This document shows positions 28,373 through 37,317 of a DNA stretch of 51,291 nucleotides, in pieces (within the stretch, counting starts at the first letter, position 1; every line of letters starts with the position of its first letter). The notes under the pieces are model-generated. The model did not search any database and was not told the origin of the DNA. It saw nothing but the letters and a program-made list of their open reading frames with translations. Source of the stretch: an uncultured Clostridia bacterium (GTDB lineage Bacteria > Bacillota > Clostridia > Christensenellales > UBA1242); assembly GCA_937907645.1 (NCBI GenBank), contig CALCWV010000065.1, positions 1-51,291 of the forward strand, written 5' to 3'. A program made the position numbers and the translations under genes.

Positions 28373-29614
28373 ATGAACGAGATTGAAAAGTTACAGTTAC
28401 CAAAGCATTTGGAGGAGTTAGCTGGTAGATTGCCAGCTGATTTATATGTTGTCGGCGGAAAGGTGAGAAACCACCTTATGAATATCGACAATGATGATAT
28501 AGATTTATGTTCAGCGCTTACCCTTGATGAGCTTGAAAAGTATTTTGAGGGGACAGAATATGAGCTTAAGTTTAAAAACTCTAGCTTGGGAACAGCAAAG
28601 ATTTTGTGTAACGGGAAGTCTTTTGACTATGCCACTCTTCGCAGAGAAGTTTACGATGCTGGAGGAAAAAGACAGCCAAGGACAGTTGAATTTATAGATT
28701 CTATCGAAGAGGACGCCCTAAGAAGAGATTTTAGCGTTAACGCAATTTATTACAACATTAAAACAGAGCAGTTCTTTGATTTTTGCAATGGAATAAGAGA
28801 TATATCGAAAAGGACAATCAGATGTGTCAAAAATCCAAATGAAGTGCTTGCAGATGACGGAATAAGAATTTTGAGAATGGTGAGAATTGCTGCCGAGCTC
28901 AACTTTAAAATCAGCAAAGATACGTTTAACGCTGCAGTCAAAAATATTTCAAACCTTGCAAATATTTCAGGCGTTAGCATTTCAAGAGAGCTAATCAAAA
29001 TTTGTGATTCTTCTTTTGTGGGAGTTTGCGATAAAAACGCATATCTGAAAGCTATTAAGACCTTGAATAAACTTAGAGCATGGAAATTCTTTGGTGTAAG
29101 GTTTGAAAAATTAAGACCAAACATGGTTAAGAAAGAAATTACAAAATATTTGGGTCTTTTAATTGATGTAATTGACGCAGAAAAGCCAGCAAGCATATCA
29201 TATTTCTTAAACAAAGTGCTTGATCAGTTGCAAATCAACAAGAAGAAAAAGGAAGAAATTGTAAACATCATTTCTGGATACTACGATGCATTAAATAGGA
29301 TACCAAACAAGTTATATTTCTCAAAATACTTTGATAATTTCGAGCGTATTTTGGAAATTTTGAATTTAAAATCAAAGGGACTTGCTGCAAGATACAACTT
29401 TTTCTACAAATACATAATTTCACACAAAGTTGTTGTAAGAATTGCAGATTTAAAAATATCTTATAGAGATATCGCAAACAATTTCCCAAGTCTTCCAAAA
29501 AAGAGTTATGATGTTGTTTTAAATATGGTGCTAAGTGATATATTTGAAGGGAAATATAGCAATGACAAAGAAACAATTCTGAAAGAAATTGAAAAGAAAA
29601 TGAAGTATTATTGA
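28373..29614 (+). CDS. cca: CCA-adding enzyme / class II tRNA nucleotidyltransferase
   Basis: VVGGKVRN...DIDL head-domain motif and RRDFSVNA motif. Confidence 0.8.
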   Translation: MNEIEKLQLPKHLEELAGRLPADLYVVGGKVRNHLMNIDNDDIDLCSALTLDELEKYFEGTEYELKFKNSSLGTAKILCNGKSFDYATLRREVYDAGGKRQPRTVEFIDSIEEDALRRDFSVNAIYYNIKTEQFFDFCNGIRDISKRTIRCVKNPNEVLADDGIRILRMVRIAAELNFKISKDTFNAAVKNISNLANISGVSISRELIKICDSSFVGVCDKNAYLKAIKTLNKLRAWKFFGVRFEKLRPNMVKKEITKYLGLLIDVIDAEKPASISYFLNKVLDQLQINKKKKEEIVNIISGYYDALNRIPNKLYFSKYFDNFERILEILNLKSKGLAARYNFFYKYIISHKVVVRIADLKISYRDIANNFPSLPKKSYDVVLNMVLSDIFEGKYSNDKETILKEIEKKMKYY

Positions 29615-29718
29615 GAAATAATGCTTCTTTTTTTATTCTTCAAAAGAGGCAACACCATTTCGCTAGTAAAATTACATATTTTTCTTCTTTTTTCGCATAA
29701 TAAGTTCGAGGTTAAGAT

Positions 29719-31257
29719 ATGAAAGAAGAAGAAAAAACTAAAAAGAAAAAAGGTAAAAAGAGCGTGGTGCTCTGGCTATTTGGAGTGGGCGTTTTTTCTG
29801 TGGCAACGTTACTTGTTAGTCAATTTGCATTTATTGATAATTTTAATTCAAACAAAACGTTTATGGATAACACCACGATAAATGGAATTGACGTTTCAGG
29901 ACTGACAGAAAGGCAGGCCGAGAACGTTGTGGCATACAATCTGCTTAATGTGCGAGATGAGATATCTTTGAATTTAAGTTATAAAGACAAGAATTGGACT
30001 TTTGCAGGCTCTGATTTTGAAATAGCAACAGATATTGATAAAAAAGTGCATGAAGCAATTGAGTATGGTCAGTCAGGAAACTTTTTTGAGAAAAGAAAGA
30101 TAAAAAACAAAGTAAAAAAAGAAGGGCTTGCCTTCAATGTGTCATATAAATCGGTGCTTGGTGGCATCGAAAGTAAAATAGATGATGTCGTGGCAGAAAT
30201 TGAACAGGATAGCGCGCCGGCGGAGGTTGTTTTCAATCCTGACAGCGAACAAAAGTTTGATCTAATTCCAGCAAAAAATGATATAAAAGTTGACAAGGAA
30301 AAGCTTATCCAAGAGATTGATGAGCAGTTAGCGACAAGCAAAACTGCGCAAGTAGAAATCCCAACGACGGAGCTAGTCACGGAGGTTGATAAAGAGGCAA
30401 TTTTATCTAAGCTTGGACTAAGAAGCAAATTTTCAACTAATTATTCAAAGTCAACAAACAACAGAAAAAACAATGTTAAGCGTGCGCTTAGTAGTTTCAA
30501 TGGAATGGTTGTTGCACCAGGGCAAAAAGTTTCTTTCAACGAAACGACTGGCCCAAGGACGGAAGAAAATGGATTTAAAAAAGCAAACATTATCTTAAAT
30601 GGGGCGTACGTGGAAGGCGTAGGCGGGGGAGTGTGCCAAGCATCAACGACGCTTTACAACGCACTGCTTCTTTCAGGAATTGACGTTGTTGAAGCATCTC
30701 ATCATTCACTTCCAGCATCTTATGTGCCTCTTTCGCTAGACGCCATGGTTTCGGAAGGAGTTTCTGACATGGTGTTTGTAAACAATATGGATAGCCCAAT
30801 TTACATCAAAACATATGGAACGGACACTGAAATCATAGTTGAAATTTATGGGAACAAACTTGCGGACGGCGAGGAAATTAGAACTCGCGCAGAACTTGTG
30901 AAAATCCTGCCACACAATGGGGATAAAATTGTTCCAGACACGAACGAAGAATATTCAAACTACATCGTTTATAAGGGTGAGTACTATCGTGTTAAGTATC
31001 CTCAAGAAGGCTACGAATCCAAAGCCTACGTTCAATATTTGAAAGATGGTGAGCTCCTTAGTGAAAAAGAAGTGCGTCATGACTTTTACTATCCTCAAGA
31101 AGGAATAATTATGGAAGGGACTGAAGAAGTTTCCGAAGGAATAACTCTTCCAGAAAATAAAGTAAAATTCATTCCACCTCAAATAGTGACGGAAGCTGAG
31201 ACGATGAATGTGAGGAAGAGGGTTGAAAAAAACAACCCCCCAATGTATAATCCATAA
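29719..31257 (+). CDS. VanW-family protein, membrane-anchored
   Basis: N-terminal TM helix and the VanW core GGGVCQASTTLYNA. 512 aa. Confidence 0.85.
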   Translation: MKEEEKTKKKKGKKSVVLWLFGVGVFSVATLLVSQFAFIDNFNSNKTFMDNTTINGIDVSGLTERQAENVVAYNLLNVRDEISLNLSYKDKNWTFAGSDFEIATDIDKKVHEAIEYGQSGNFFEKRKIKNKVKKEGLAFNVSYKSVLGGIESKIDDVVAEIEQDSAPAEVVFNPDSEQKFDLIPAKNDIKVDKEKLIQEIDEQLATSKTAQVEIPTTELVTEVDKEAILSKLGLRSKFSTNYSKSTNNRKNNVKRALSSFNGMVVAPGQKVSFNETTGPRTEENGFKKANIILNGAYVEGVGGGVCQASTTLYNALLLSGIDVVEASHHSLPASYVPLSLDAMVSEGVSDMVFVNNMDSPIYIKTYGTDTEIIVEIYGNKLADGEEIRTRAELVKILPHNGDKIVPDTNEEYSNYIVYKGEYYRVKYPQEGYESKAYVQYLKDGELLSEKEVRHDFYYPQEGIIMEGTEEVSEGITLPENKVKFIPPQIVTEAETMNVRKRVEKNNPPMYNP

Positions 31258-31261
31258 AAGC

Positions 31262-31320
31262 TTCGCTATGCGTTGTTTACTGCTGTCTATCCCAGACAGT
31301 CATTTACGGGGTTGTAAACT
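31262..31320 (-). repeat. Inverted, 3'-truncated copy of the H/X module
   Basis: 31291-31320 is the exact reverse complement of 32067-32096. On the plus strand it ends in GTAAACTTTTT and could terminate the vanW-family gene. Confidence 0.6.
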
Positions 31321-31324
31321 TTTT

Positions 31325-31479
31325 GCTAGCGCGGGGCTAATGGCCCCTTGCTTCGCATAACCGCACAAATCAATTCTTTTTCAGTATTTTCTCTGTTTCA
31401 GAACCGCCGATGAGGAACCTCTATCGAGAACCTGAAACAAAGAAACTACAAGAAAAATCTCTTGATTTCTGCTGCCATA
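31325..31479 (+). ncRNA. Candidate structured RNA module M1 (copy E1)
   Basis: Collinear with 7456-7606 and with the reverse complement of 31853-32006. It lies 3' of the vanW-family gene in the same orientation. Confidence 0.45.
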
Positions 31480-31558
31480 TCTCTGCGATTGATTTTTATA
31501 AAAACACATATAAAAATTTTAGATAAAAAATCGAGTGAGTCACGAGGCTCGCTGTTCT

Positions 31559-31598
31559 CCTCTGGAATGAGTTTAGTTCTCTAAATGATTTTCAGAGG
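31559..31598 (+). repeat. H-module hairpin
   Basis: CCTCTGGAA-tGA-GTTTAG-ttct-CTAAAT-GA-TTTTCAGAGG, followed by a GTGAATCGC...TTTTTTTCTAAAAT tail like that at 32100-32138. Confidence 0.55.
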
Positions 31599-31655
31599 GG
31601 GACAGCAGAAACAATGTGAATCGCTTAATTTTTTTCTAAAATCAGGCTCTGCAGT

Positions 31656-31699
31656 CAGTTCAGGCAGGCGCATAGTGACCTATGTAACTGTCTGAACTG
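31656..31699. repeat. Long hairpin sharing the CAGGCAG/CTGTCTG stem of the H module
   Basis: 12-bp stem CAGTTCAGGCAG/CTGTCTGAACTG enclosing the inner hairpin CATAG/CTATG. Confidence 0.55.
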
Positions 31700-31731
31700 A
31701 ATGCTAGAAACAAAGCTATGCAAACTTTTGA

Positions 31732-31785
31732 GGCTCGCGCTAGTTATTTTAATTTTAGAAAAAAAAGGCGAGTCGCTAGGCTCGG
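31732..31785 (+). repeat. 54-bp perfect direct repeat, copy 1
   Basis: Identical to 31995-32048 (GGCTCGCGCTAGTTATTTTAATTTTAGAAAAAAAAGGCGAGTCGCTAGGCTCGG). Confidence 0.85.
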
Positions 31786-31811
31786 TGCTTTTAAATTGAA
31801 TGTATTTTAAA

Positions 31812-32006
31812 CAAAAAAAGGATAATACGAAAATTATCCTTTTTCATAGAATTATGACAGCAGAAATCAAAAGATTTTTCTTGTAGTTTCTTTGTTTCAG
31901 GTTCCCGGTAGAGTTCACTCATCGGAGGTTCTGAAACGGAGAAAATACTGAAAAAGAATTGATTTATGCGGCGATAAACTGAGCAAGAGCCATTGGCTCG
32001 CGCTAG
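31812..32006 (-). ncRNA. Candidate structured RNA module M1 (copy E2) with intrinsic terminator
   Basis: M1 body on the minus strand at 32006-31853, then terminator GGATAAT/ATTATCC (31820-31839) plus a U-run. It lies 3' of tuf in the same orientation, with no strong terminator in between. Confidence 0.45.
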
Positions 32007-32048
32007 TTATTTTAATTTTAGAAAAAAAAGGCGAGTCGCTAGGCTCGG
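31995..32048 (+). repeat. 54-bp perfect direct repeat, copy 2
   Basis: Identical to 31732-31785. Its first 12 nt are the 5' end of M1 copy E2. Confidence 0.85.
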
Positions 32049-32055
32049 CATTTCT

Positions 32056-32137
32056 CCCAGGCAGGAGTTTACAACCCCGTAAATGACTGTCTGGGAAAAG
32101 TGACAGAAACGACGCGAATCGCTTTCTTTTTCTAAAA
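32056..32137 (+). repeat. H/X module (hairpin plus GCGAATCGC..TTTTTCTAAAAT tail) abutting the tuf stop codon
   Basis: CCCAGGCAG-GA-GTTTAC-aacccc-GTAAAT-GA-CTGTCTGGG at 32056-32095. Confidence 0.6.
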
Positions 32138-33340
32138 TTATTCGATGATTGTTGAAACAACACCTGATCCAACTGTTCTTCCGCCTTCACGGATAGCGAA
32201 ACGAAGTCCTTCTTCGATAGCAATTGGTGTGATAAGAGTGATTTCCATCTTAACGTTATCACCAGGCATAACCATTTCAACGCCTTTCTCTAATTCGATT
32301 GTTCCAGTAACGTCTGTTGTTCTGAAGTAGAATTGTGGTCTATATCCATTAAAGAATGGTGTGTGACGTCCACCCTCTTCTTTCTTCAATACGTAAACTT
32401 GAGCAGTGAATTTTGTGTGTGGGTGAATTGAACCTGGTTTGCAAAGAACTTGTCCTCTTTCGATATCTGTTCTTTGAATTCCTCTAAGAAGAAGACCTAC
32501 GTTATCTCCGGCTCTAGCTTCGTCAAGAAGTTTTCTAAACATTTCTACACCAGTAATAACTGTTTGTCTTTGTGTTCCCATACCAACGATTTCAACTGTA
32601 TCGTTCATACGAACAACACCTCTTTCTACTCTACCAGTTGCAACTGTTCCACGACCTGTGATTGTGAAAACGTCTTCGATTGGCATTAAGAAAGGTTTGT
32701 CTGTATCTCTCTTTGGAGCTGGGATATAGTTGTCAACAGCGTCAAGTAATTCCCAAATACAGTTAAGGTCTGGGCTGTTTACATCTCCTCTGTCGCAAGC
32801 TTCGTTAGCTTTAAGAGCTGATCCCTTAATAATAGGTGTCTTGTCACCAGGGAATCCGTATTCTGTAAGAAGGTCTCTAACTTCCATTTCTACAAGTTCA
32901 AGTAATTCAGGATCGTCTACTTGATCAACCTTGTTCAAGAATACAACGATATATGGAACACCAACCTGTCTAGCAAGAAGGATGTGTTCTCTTGTTTGAG
33001 GCATTGGTCCATCAGTAGCAGCAACTACTAAGATAGCTCCGTCCATTTGAGCAGCTCCAGTAATCATGTTCTTAACGTAGTCAGCGTGTCCTGGGCAGTC
33101 AACGTGAGCATAGTGACGTTTAGCTGTTTGATATTCAACGTGAGCTGTGTTAATTGTGATTCCTCTAGCTTTCTCTTCTGGTGCCTTATCGATTTCATCA
33201 TATTTCATAGCGTCAGCTAATCCTTTCATAGCTGAAGCACGGCAGATAGCAGCTGTTAATGTTGTTTTACCATGGTCTACGTGTCCAATAGTACCAATGT
33301 TAACGTGTTCTTTGCTTCTGTCAAATTGTTCTTTTGCCAT
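32138..33340 (-). CDS. tuf: Elongation factor Tu
   Basis: [14 protein letters not shown] and NKVD GTPase motifs. 400 aa. Confidence 0.97.
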   Translation of the reverse strand: MAKEQFDRSKEHVNIGTIGHVDHGKTTLTAAICRASAMKGLADAMKYDEIDKAPEEKARGITINTAHVEYQTAKRHYAHVDCPGHADYVKNMITGAAQMDGAILVVAATDGPMPQTREHILLARQVGVPYIVVFLNKVDQVDDPELLELVEMEVRDLLTEYGFPGDKTPIIKGSALKANEACDRGDVNSPDLNCIWELLDAVDNYIPAPKRDTDKPFLMPIEDVFTITGRGTVATGRVERGVVRMNDTVEIVGMGTQRQTVITGVEMFRKLLDEARAGDNVGLLLRGIQRTDIERGQVLCKPGSIHPHTKFTAQVYVLKKEEGGRHTPFFNGYRPQFYFRTTDVTGTIELEKGVEMVMPGDNVKMEITLITPIAIEEGLRFAIREGGRTVGSGVVSTIIE

Positions 33341-33375
33341 TTTTTAAAAATCTCCTTTTTTAGTTTTACTCTTGT

Positions 33376-33403
33376 ATTTTAGCATACTTTTTTAATTTTT
33401 CAA
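33376..33403 (-). promoter_or_regulatory. Putative internal promoter for tuf
   Basis: On the minus strand: TTGAAA, 16-nt spacer ending in TGC, TAAAAT. Confidence 0.45.
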
Positions 33404-33472
33404 AGTGATTTAACACACTTTTTCAAAAATTATTTTTCCAAGAGAGGGTTGCCCCTCCCCGGTCAAATACAA

Positions 33473-35551
33473 TTAGTCTTTTTTAGCTCTTTCGCCTTTA
33501 ACTTTTTCAGCGATTGAGCGAGGAACTTCTTGATATTTAAGAGGTTCCATAACATATGTTCCTCTTCCTTGTGTTTGTGAACGAAGGTCAGTTGCATATC
33601 CGAACATTTCAGCAAGTGGAACTTCAGCGTTAACGATTTGAACTCCGTTAGCAGACTCGTTTCCTGTAAGTACACCACGACGAGATGTTAAGTTACCCAT
33701 AACTGTTCCAAGGTAGTCGTCAGGAACTTCTACTGAAACTTTCATAATAGGTTCGAGTAGTACTGGATCAGCGAGCTTGCAAGCGTTCTGGAATGCCATA
33801 GATCCGGCAATCTTAAATGCCATTTCAGATGAGTCTACTTCGTGGTATGATCCGTCAGTAACTGTTACTCTAAAGTCAACTGTCTCGTATCCTGCTACAA
33901 CACCATTCTTTCTAGCTTCATCAATTCCGTTGTTAACAGGTTGAATATATTCTTTTGGAATAGATCCACCAACTGTCTTATCAACGAATTCATATCCGCT
34001 ACCAGCTGGCAATGGTTCCATATCGATCACGCAGTGACCATATTGTCCCTTACCACCAGACTGACGAATGAATTTACCTTCAACGTTCTTAACAGCTTTC
34101 TTGATTGTTTCTCTGTAAGAAACTTGAGGTTGTCCGATATTAGCTTCTACTTTGAATTCTCTAAGTAATCTATCTACGATAATTTCAAGGTGAAGTTCTC
34201 CCATTCCTGCAATAAGAGTTTGACCTGTTTCTTGGTTTGTTGAAACTCTGAATGAAGGGTCTTCTCTCATAAGTTTTGCAAGTGCGAGAGCCATTTTTTC
34301 TTGCATATCCTTTGTTTTTGGTTCGATAGCAAGTTGGATAACAGGTTCTGGGAAGTCCATGCTTTCCAATTGGATAGGATGTTTTTCATCACAAAGAGTG
34401 TGGCCTGTGATTGTATCCTTAAGTCCAACGATAGCTGCGATATCTCCAGCTCCTACTTCTGTAATTTCTTGACGTGTGTTAGCGTGCATACGAATAAGAC
34501 GTCCAACACGTTCTGTTTTTCCGTTTACTGAGTTGTAAACGTATGTTCCAGCTTTGAGTACACCACTGTATACACGGAAGAATGTTAATCCTCCTACGAA
34601 TGGGTCTGTCATAATCTTGAATGCAAGACCAGCAAATGGAGCATCTTCGCTTGGAGCTCTTGTTTCTGTTTCACCAGTTTCAGGGTTAATTCCTGTGATA
34701 TGATCGATATCAAGTGGTGATGGTAAATATTCTACCATAGCATCCAAAAGCATTTGAACACCTTTGTTCTTATAAGATGATCCGCAAAGAACAGGTGTAA
34801 GAGCTTTAGAAATTGTTGCTTTCCTAATAGCTTTCTTTAATTCGTCGATTGAGATTTCCTCTCCTTCAAAATATCTTTCTAAAAGAGCATCGTCTGTTTC
34901 AACGATTTTTTCTACCATTTCATCATGAAGTTGTTGTGCTTTATCTTTAAATTCTGCAGGGATATCAGTAATTTCAATAACTTGTCCCATATCATCTTTG
35001 TAAACTTCAGCCTTCATTGTGAGCAAGTCGATAATTCCTCTGAATGTATCAGCTTCTCCGATAGGCATTTGAATAGCAAGAGCCTTTGTCTTTAATCTCT
35101 TTTCAATTGATTCTACGCAAGCGAAGAAGTCAGCTGCGTCTCTATCCATTTTGTTTACGTAAATAATTACAGGAACTTTGTATTTTGTAGCTTGACGCCA
35201 AACTGTTTCAGTTTGAGGTTGTACCTTATCACGAGCACTAAGTACAAGAACAGCACCATCAAGAACCTTTAGTGAACGCTCAACTTCTACTGTGAAGTCT
35301 ACGTGTCCTGGGGTATCAATGATGTTAATCTTATGACCTTTCCATGTACAAGTTGTACAAGCAGAAGTAATTGTGATACCTCTTTCTTGTTCTTGAGCCA
35401 TCCAGTCCATTGTTGCACTACCGTCGTGAACTTCACCGATTTTATGTGTTTTACCAGTGTAGAACAAAATTCTTTCAGTAGTTGTTGTCTTTCCAGCATC
35501 AATGTGGGCCATAATACCAACGTTTCTAGTTAGTCTAAGGTCGTTAGCCAT
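33473..35551 (-). CDS. fusA: Elongation factor G
   Basis: [17 protein letters not shown] and NKMD motifs. 692 aa. Confidence 0.97.
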   Translation of the reverse strand: MANDLRLTRNVGIMAHIDAGKTTTTERILFYTGKTHKIGEVHDGSATMDWMAQEQERGITITSACTTCTWKGHKINIIDTPGHVDFTVEVERSLKVLDGAVLVLSARDKVQPQTETVWRQATKYKVPVIIYVNKMDRDAADFFACVESIEKRLKTKALAIQMPIGEADTFRGIIDLLTMKAEVYKDDMGQVIEITDIPAEFKDKAQQLHDEMVEKIVETDDALLERYFEGEEISIDELKKAIRKATISKALTPVLCGSSYKNKGVQMLLDAMVEYLPSPLDIDHITGINPETGETETRAPSEDAPFAGLAFKIMTDPFVGGLTFFRVYSGVLKAGTYVYNSVNGKTERVGRLIRMHANTRQEITEVGAGDIAAIVGLKDTITGHTLCDEKHPIQLESMDFPEPVIQLAIEPKTKDMQEKMALALAKLMREDPSFRVSTNQETGQTLIAGMGELHLEIIVDRLLREFKVEANIGQPQVSYRETIKKAVKNVEGKFIRQSGGKGQYGHCVIDMEPLPAGSGYEFVDKTVGGSIPKEYIQPVNNGIDEARKNGVVAGYETVDFRVTVTDGSYHEVDSSEMAFKIAGSMAFQNACKLADPVLLEPIMKVSVEVPDDYLGTVMGNLTSRRGVLTGNESANGVQIVNAEVPLAEMFGYATDLRSQTQGRGTYVMEPLKYQEVPRSIAEKVKGERAKKD

Positions 35552-35642
35552 AATTTTCTCCTTTCTAGATAAATTTCTTTATCGTAATTTTAATCTTTTT
35601 TTTATTTTTTTAATCAAACATTAAGCATATTGCTTGTTTTGA

Positions 35643-36116
35643 TTACCATTTAAAGTGAGCGAAAGCCTTGTTAGCTTCAGCCATTCTGTGTAATTCATCA
35701 CGTCTCTTAATTGATGCTCCAGTTTCGTTTGATGCGTCGATAATTTCAGCTGCAAGCTTAGCTTCCATTCCACGTTCACCACTTCTCTTTCTTGCGAAAG
35801 CTACTAACCAACGGATAGCAAGTGTTTGACGACGTTCTGGACGAATTTCCATAGGTACTTGGTAGTTAGCACCACCAACTCTTCTTCCCTTTGTTTCAAG
35901 AACAGGTTTTACGTTTTCGAGAGCTTTGTTGAAAACTTCGATAGCTTCCATTCCTGTTTTTTTGTTGATAATGTCAAATGCATTATAAACGATCTTTTGA
36001 GCAATTCCTTTCTTACCATCTAACATAACTTGGTTGATAAGTTTTGTTACTGTTTCACTCTTATAAATTGGATCAGGAAGAACAGGTTTCTTAACCGCAC
36101 TATTTCTTCTTGGCAT
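35643..36116 (-). CDS. rpsG: 30S ribosomal protein S7
   Basis: MPRR...DPIY N-terminus and KAFAHFKW C-terminus. Confidence 0.95.
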   Translation of the reverse strand: MPRRNSAVKKPVLPDPIYKSETVTKLINQVMLDGKKGIAQKIVYNAFDIINKKTGMEAIEVFNKALENVKPVLETKGRRVGGANYQVPMEIRPERRQTLAIRWLVAFARKRSGERGMEAKLAAEIIDASNETGASIKRRDELHRMAEANKAFAHFKW

Positions 36117-36242
36117 ATTATTTTATTCTCCTCTTAATTATCAGCTTTGTTGCACTGATAAGATTTTTAAATTTTCAAAATCAATTCATATGTGCATAAA
36201 TTGATGTGTAGTCTAAGTTGTTTTTAACTCTGAGCTTAACTA

Positions 36243-36275
36243 GAATTCACGACAGGAATTTAATTCCATAATCCC
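36243..36275 (-). promoter_or_regulatory. Stem/internal-loop motif, copy 1, in the rpsL-rpsG spacer
   Basis: The minus strand reads GGAUU-AU-GGAAU-uaa-AUUCC-UGUCGUG-AAUUC. Confidence 0.4.
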
Positions 36276-36338
36276 GCCAAACTCATTAAGTTAGTTTATA
36301 TTAACTCATTTTCATTCGAGCTCTATAGTACAAGACGC

Positions 36339-36373
36339 GGATTTCACGACAGGAGCTACTTACTCCATAATCC
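36339..36373 (-). promoter_or_regulatory. Stem/internal-loop motif, copy 2, in the rpsL-rpsG spacer
   Basis: The minus strand reads GGAUU-AU-GGAG-uaaguag-CUCC-UGUCGUGA-AAUCC. The internal loop is the same as in copy 1, while the apical and basal stems differ but stay paired. Confidence 0.4.
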
Positions 36374-36542
36374 AGTCTTATTCAATAATTCAACAGAGTG
36401 GTCATTAGACGAGGCAAACGAGTAAGTTTTGCAAGGCGCATACATAGACGTATGTAACTAAAAAACTTGCGATGTTTAACAATGTCTAAGGGCTGCTATG
36501 TTGGATTATTTCTGACACAGCTATGTGCCCGCTATAATGAGT

Positions 36543-36917
36543 TTATTTCTTAGGGCGCTTAGCACCATACTTAGATCTAGACTGCTTTCTCTTTGCAACA
36601 CCAGCTGTATCAAGTGTTCCTCTGATAATGTGGTATCTTACACCAGGCAAGTCCTTAATTCTTCCGCCACGTACAAGAACTACGCTGTGTTCTTGAAGGT
36701 TGTGTCCTTCTCCTGGAATGTAGCAAGTTCCTTCTGTCCCGTTTGAAAGTTTAACTCTGGCAACTTTACGTAAAGCTGAGTTAGGTTTTTTAGGCGTAGC
36801 TGTTCTAACTGACAAGCATACTCCTCTCTTTTGAGGACATTCATCGAGCAATGGAGCTTTAGATTTGTCATCAAATGTTTTTCTTCCTTGACGAACTAAT
36901 TGGTTAATTGTAGGCAT
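36543..36917 (-). CDS. rpsL: 30S ribosomal protein S12
   Basis: [10 protein letters not shown]-terminus and [10 protein letters not shown] motif. ATG 36917 follows an AAGGAAG RBS, whereas the tracked ORF starts at 36941. Confidence 0.95.
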   Translation of the reverse strand: MPTINQLVRQGRKTFDDKSKAPLLDECPQKRGVCLSVRTATPKKPNSALRKVARVKLSNGTEGTCYIPGEGHNLQEHSVVLVRGGRIKDLPGVRYHIIRGTLDTAGVAKRKQSRSKYGAKRPKK

Positions 36918-37212
36918 TTTATACTTCCTTTTAATCAGCACATGCTGAGATTTTTTTGCAAAACGTATCGACTAATGTTTTGACCTATACAACAAAAAAT
37001 ACTCTAAGTTGCATAGGGTTTTGTTTTCTGTCTTAAATTCCTAATGGGCGAGCCCATATAAATTCACTTTCATTAAACATGAACAACACGATTTTCGAAC
37101 AAAATTTCAAAAACTCCGCAAGTATGCGAATCGGTGTAACACAAGCATGCCACCTGCTGTTTGTTTATGCTCCTAAAAGCAATATGTCCACGACAACCGA
37201 ACATACGCGTTT

Positions 37213-37241
37213 ATTATATATAAAATAAAACTTCTTGTCAA
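37213..37241 (-). promoter_or_regulatory. Consensus sigma-A promoter of the str operon
   Basis: On the minus strand: TTGACA (37241-37236), 17-nt spacer, TATAAT (37218-37213). The -35 box lies inside the terminator hairpin CTTCTTG/CAAGAAG of the upstream gene. Confidence 0.8.
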
Positions 37242-37317
37242 GGTTTTTATTTCCTTTTCAAGAAGTTTTTTATTATCTCCCCTATATATGCCCTAACTTG
37301 TGTGCCCACGAGTTTGA

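Noticed and set aside
31446-31478. A small ORF inside M1, MAAEIKRFFL on the minus strand of copy E1 and MTAEIKRFFL in copy E2, raised the possibility of a type I toxin or micropeptide.
   Set aside because: No SD precedes it in any copy. The reading frame length is not conserved (10 aa in the E copies, 26 aa in copy B, 37 aa in copy D). The substitutions follow base-pairing, not codon, constraints.
31915-32280. A 121-aa minus-strand ORF spanning the repeat mosaic and the 3' end of tuf.
   Set aside because: It reads through M1 and H repeat modules and overlaps tuf out of frame. It has no RBS, and the repeats show RNA-type rather than codon-type conservation.
33440-33463. A GC-rich hairpin after the fusA stop codon as an operon-internal terminator.
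   Set aside because: The stem (GGGGAGGG/CCCTCTCT with wobble pairs) is not followed directly by a U-run. It is more likely a stabiliser or weak pause site upstream of the internal tuf promoter.
36243-36373. A kink-turn (L7Ae/YbxF-binding) reading of the rpsL-rpsG spacer motif.
   Set aside because: A K-turn needs a 3-nt bulge followed by tandem G-A/A-G pairs on both strands. Here one strand of the internal loop is only AU, so the consensus is not met.
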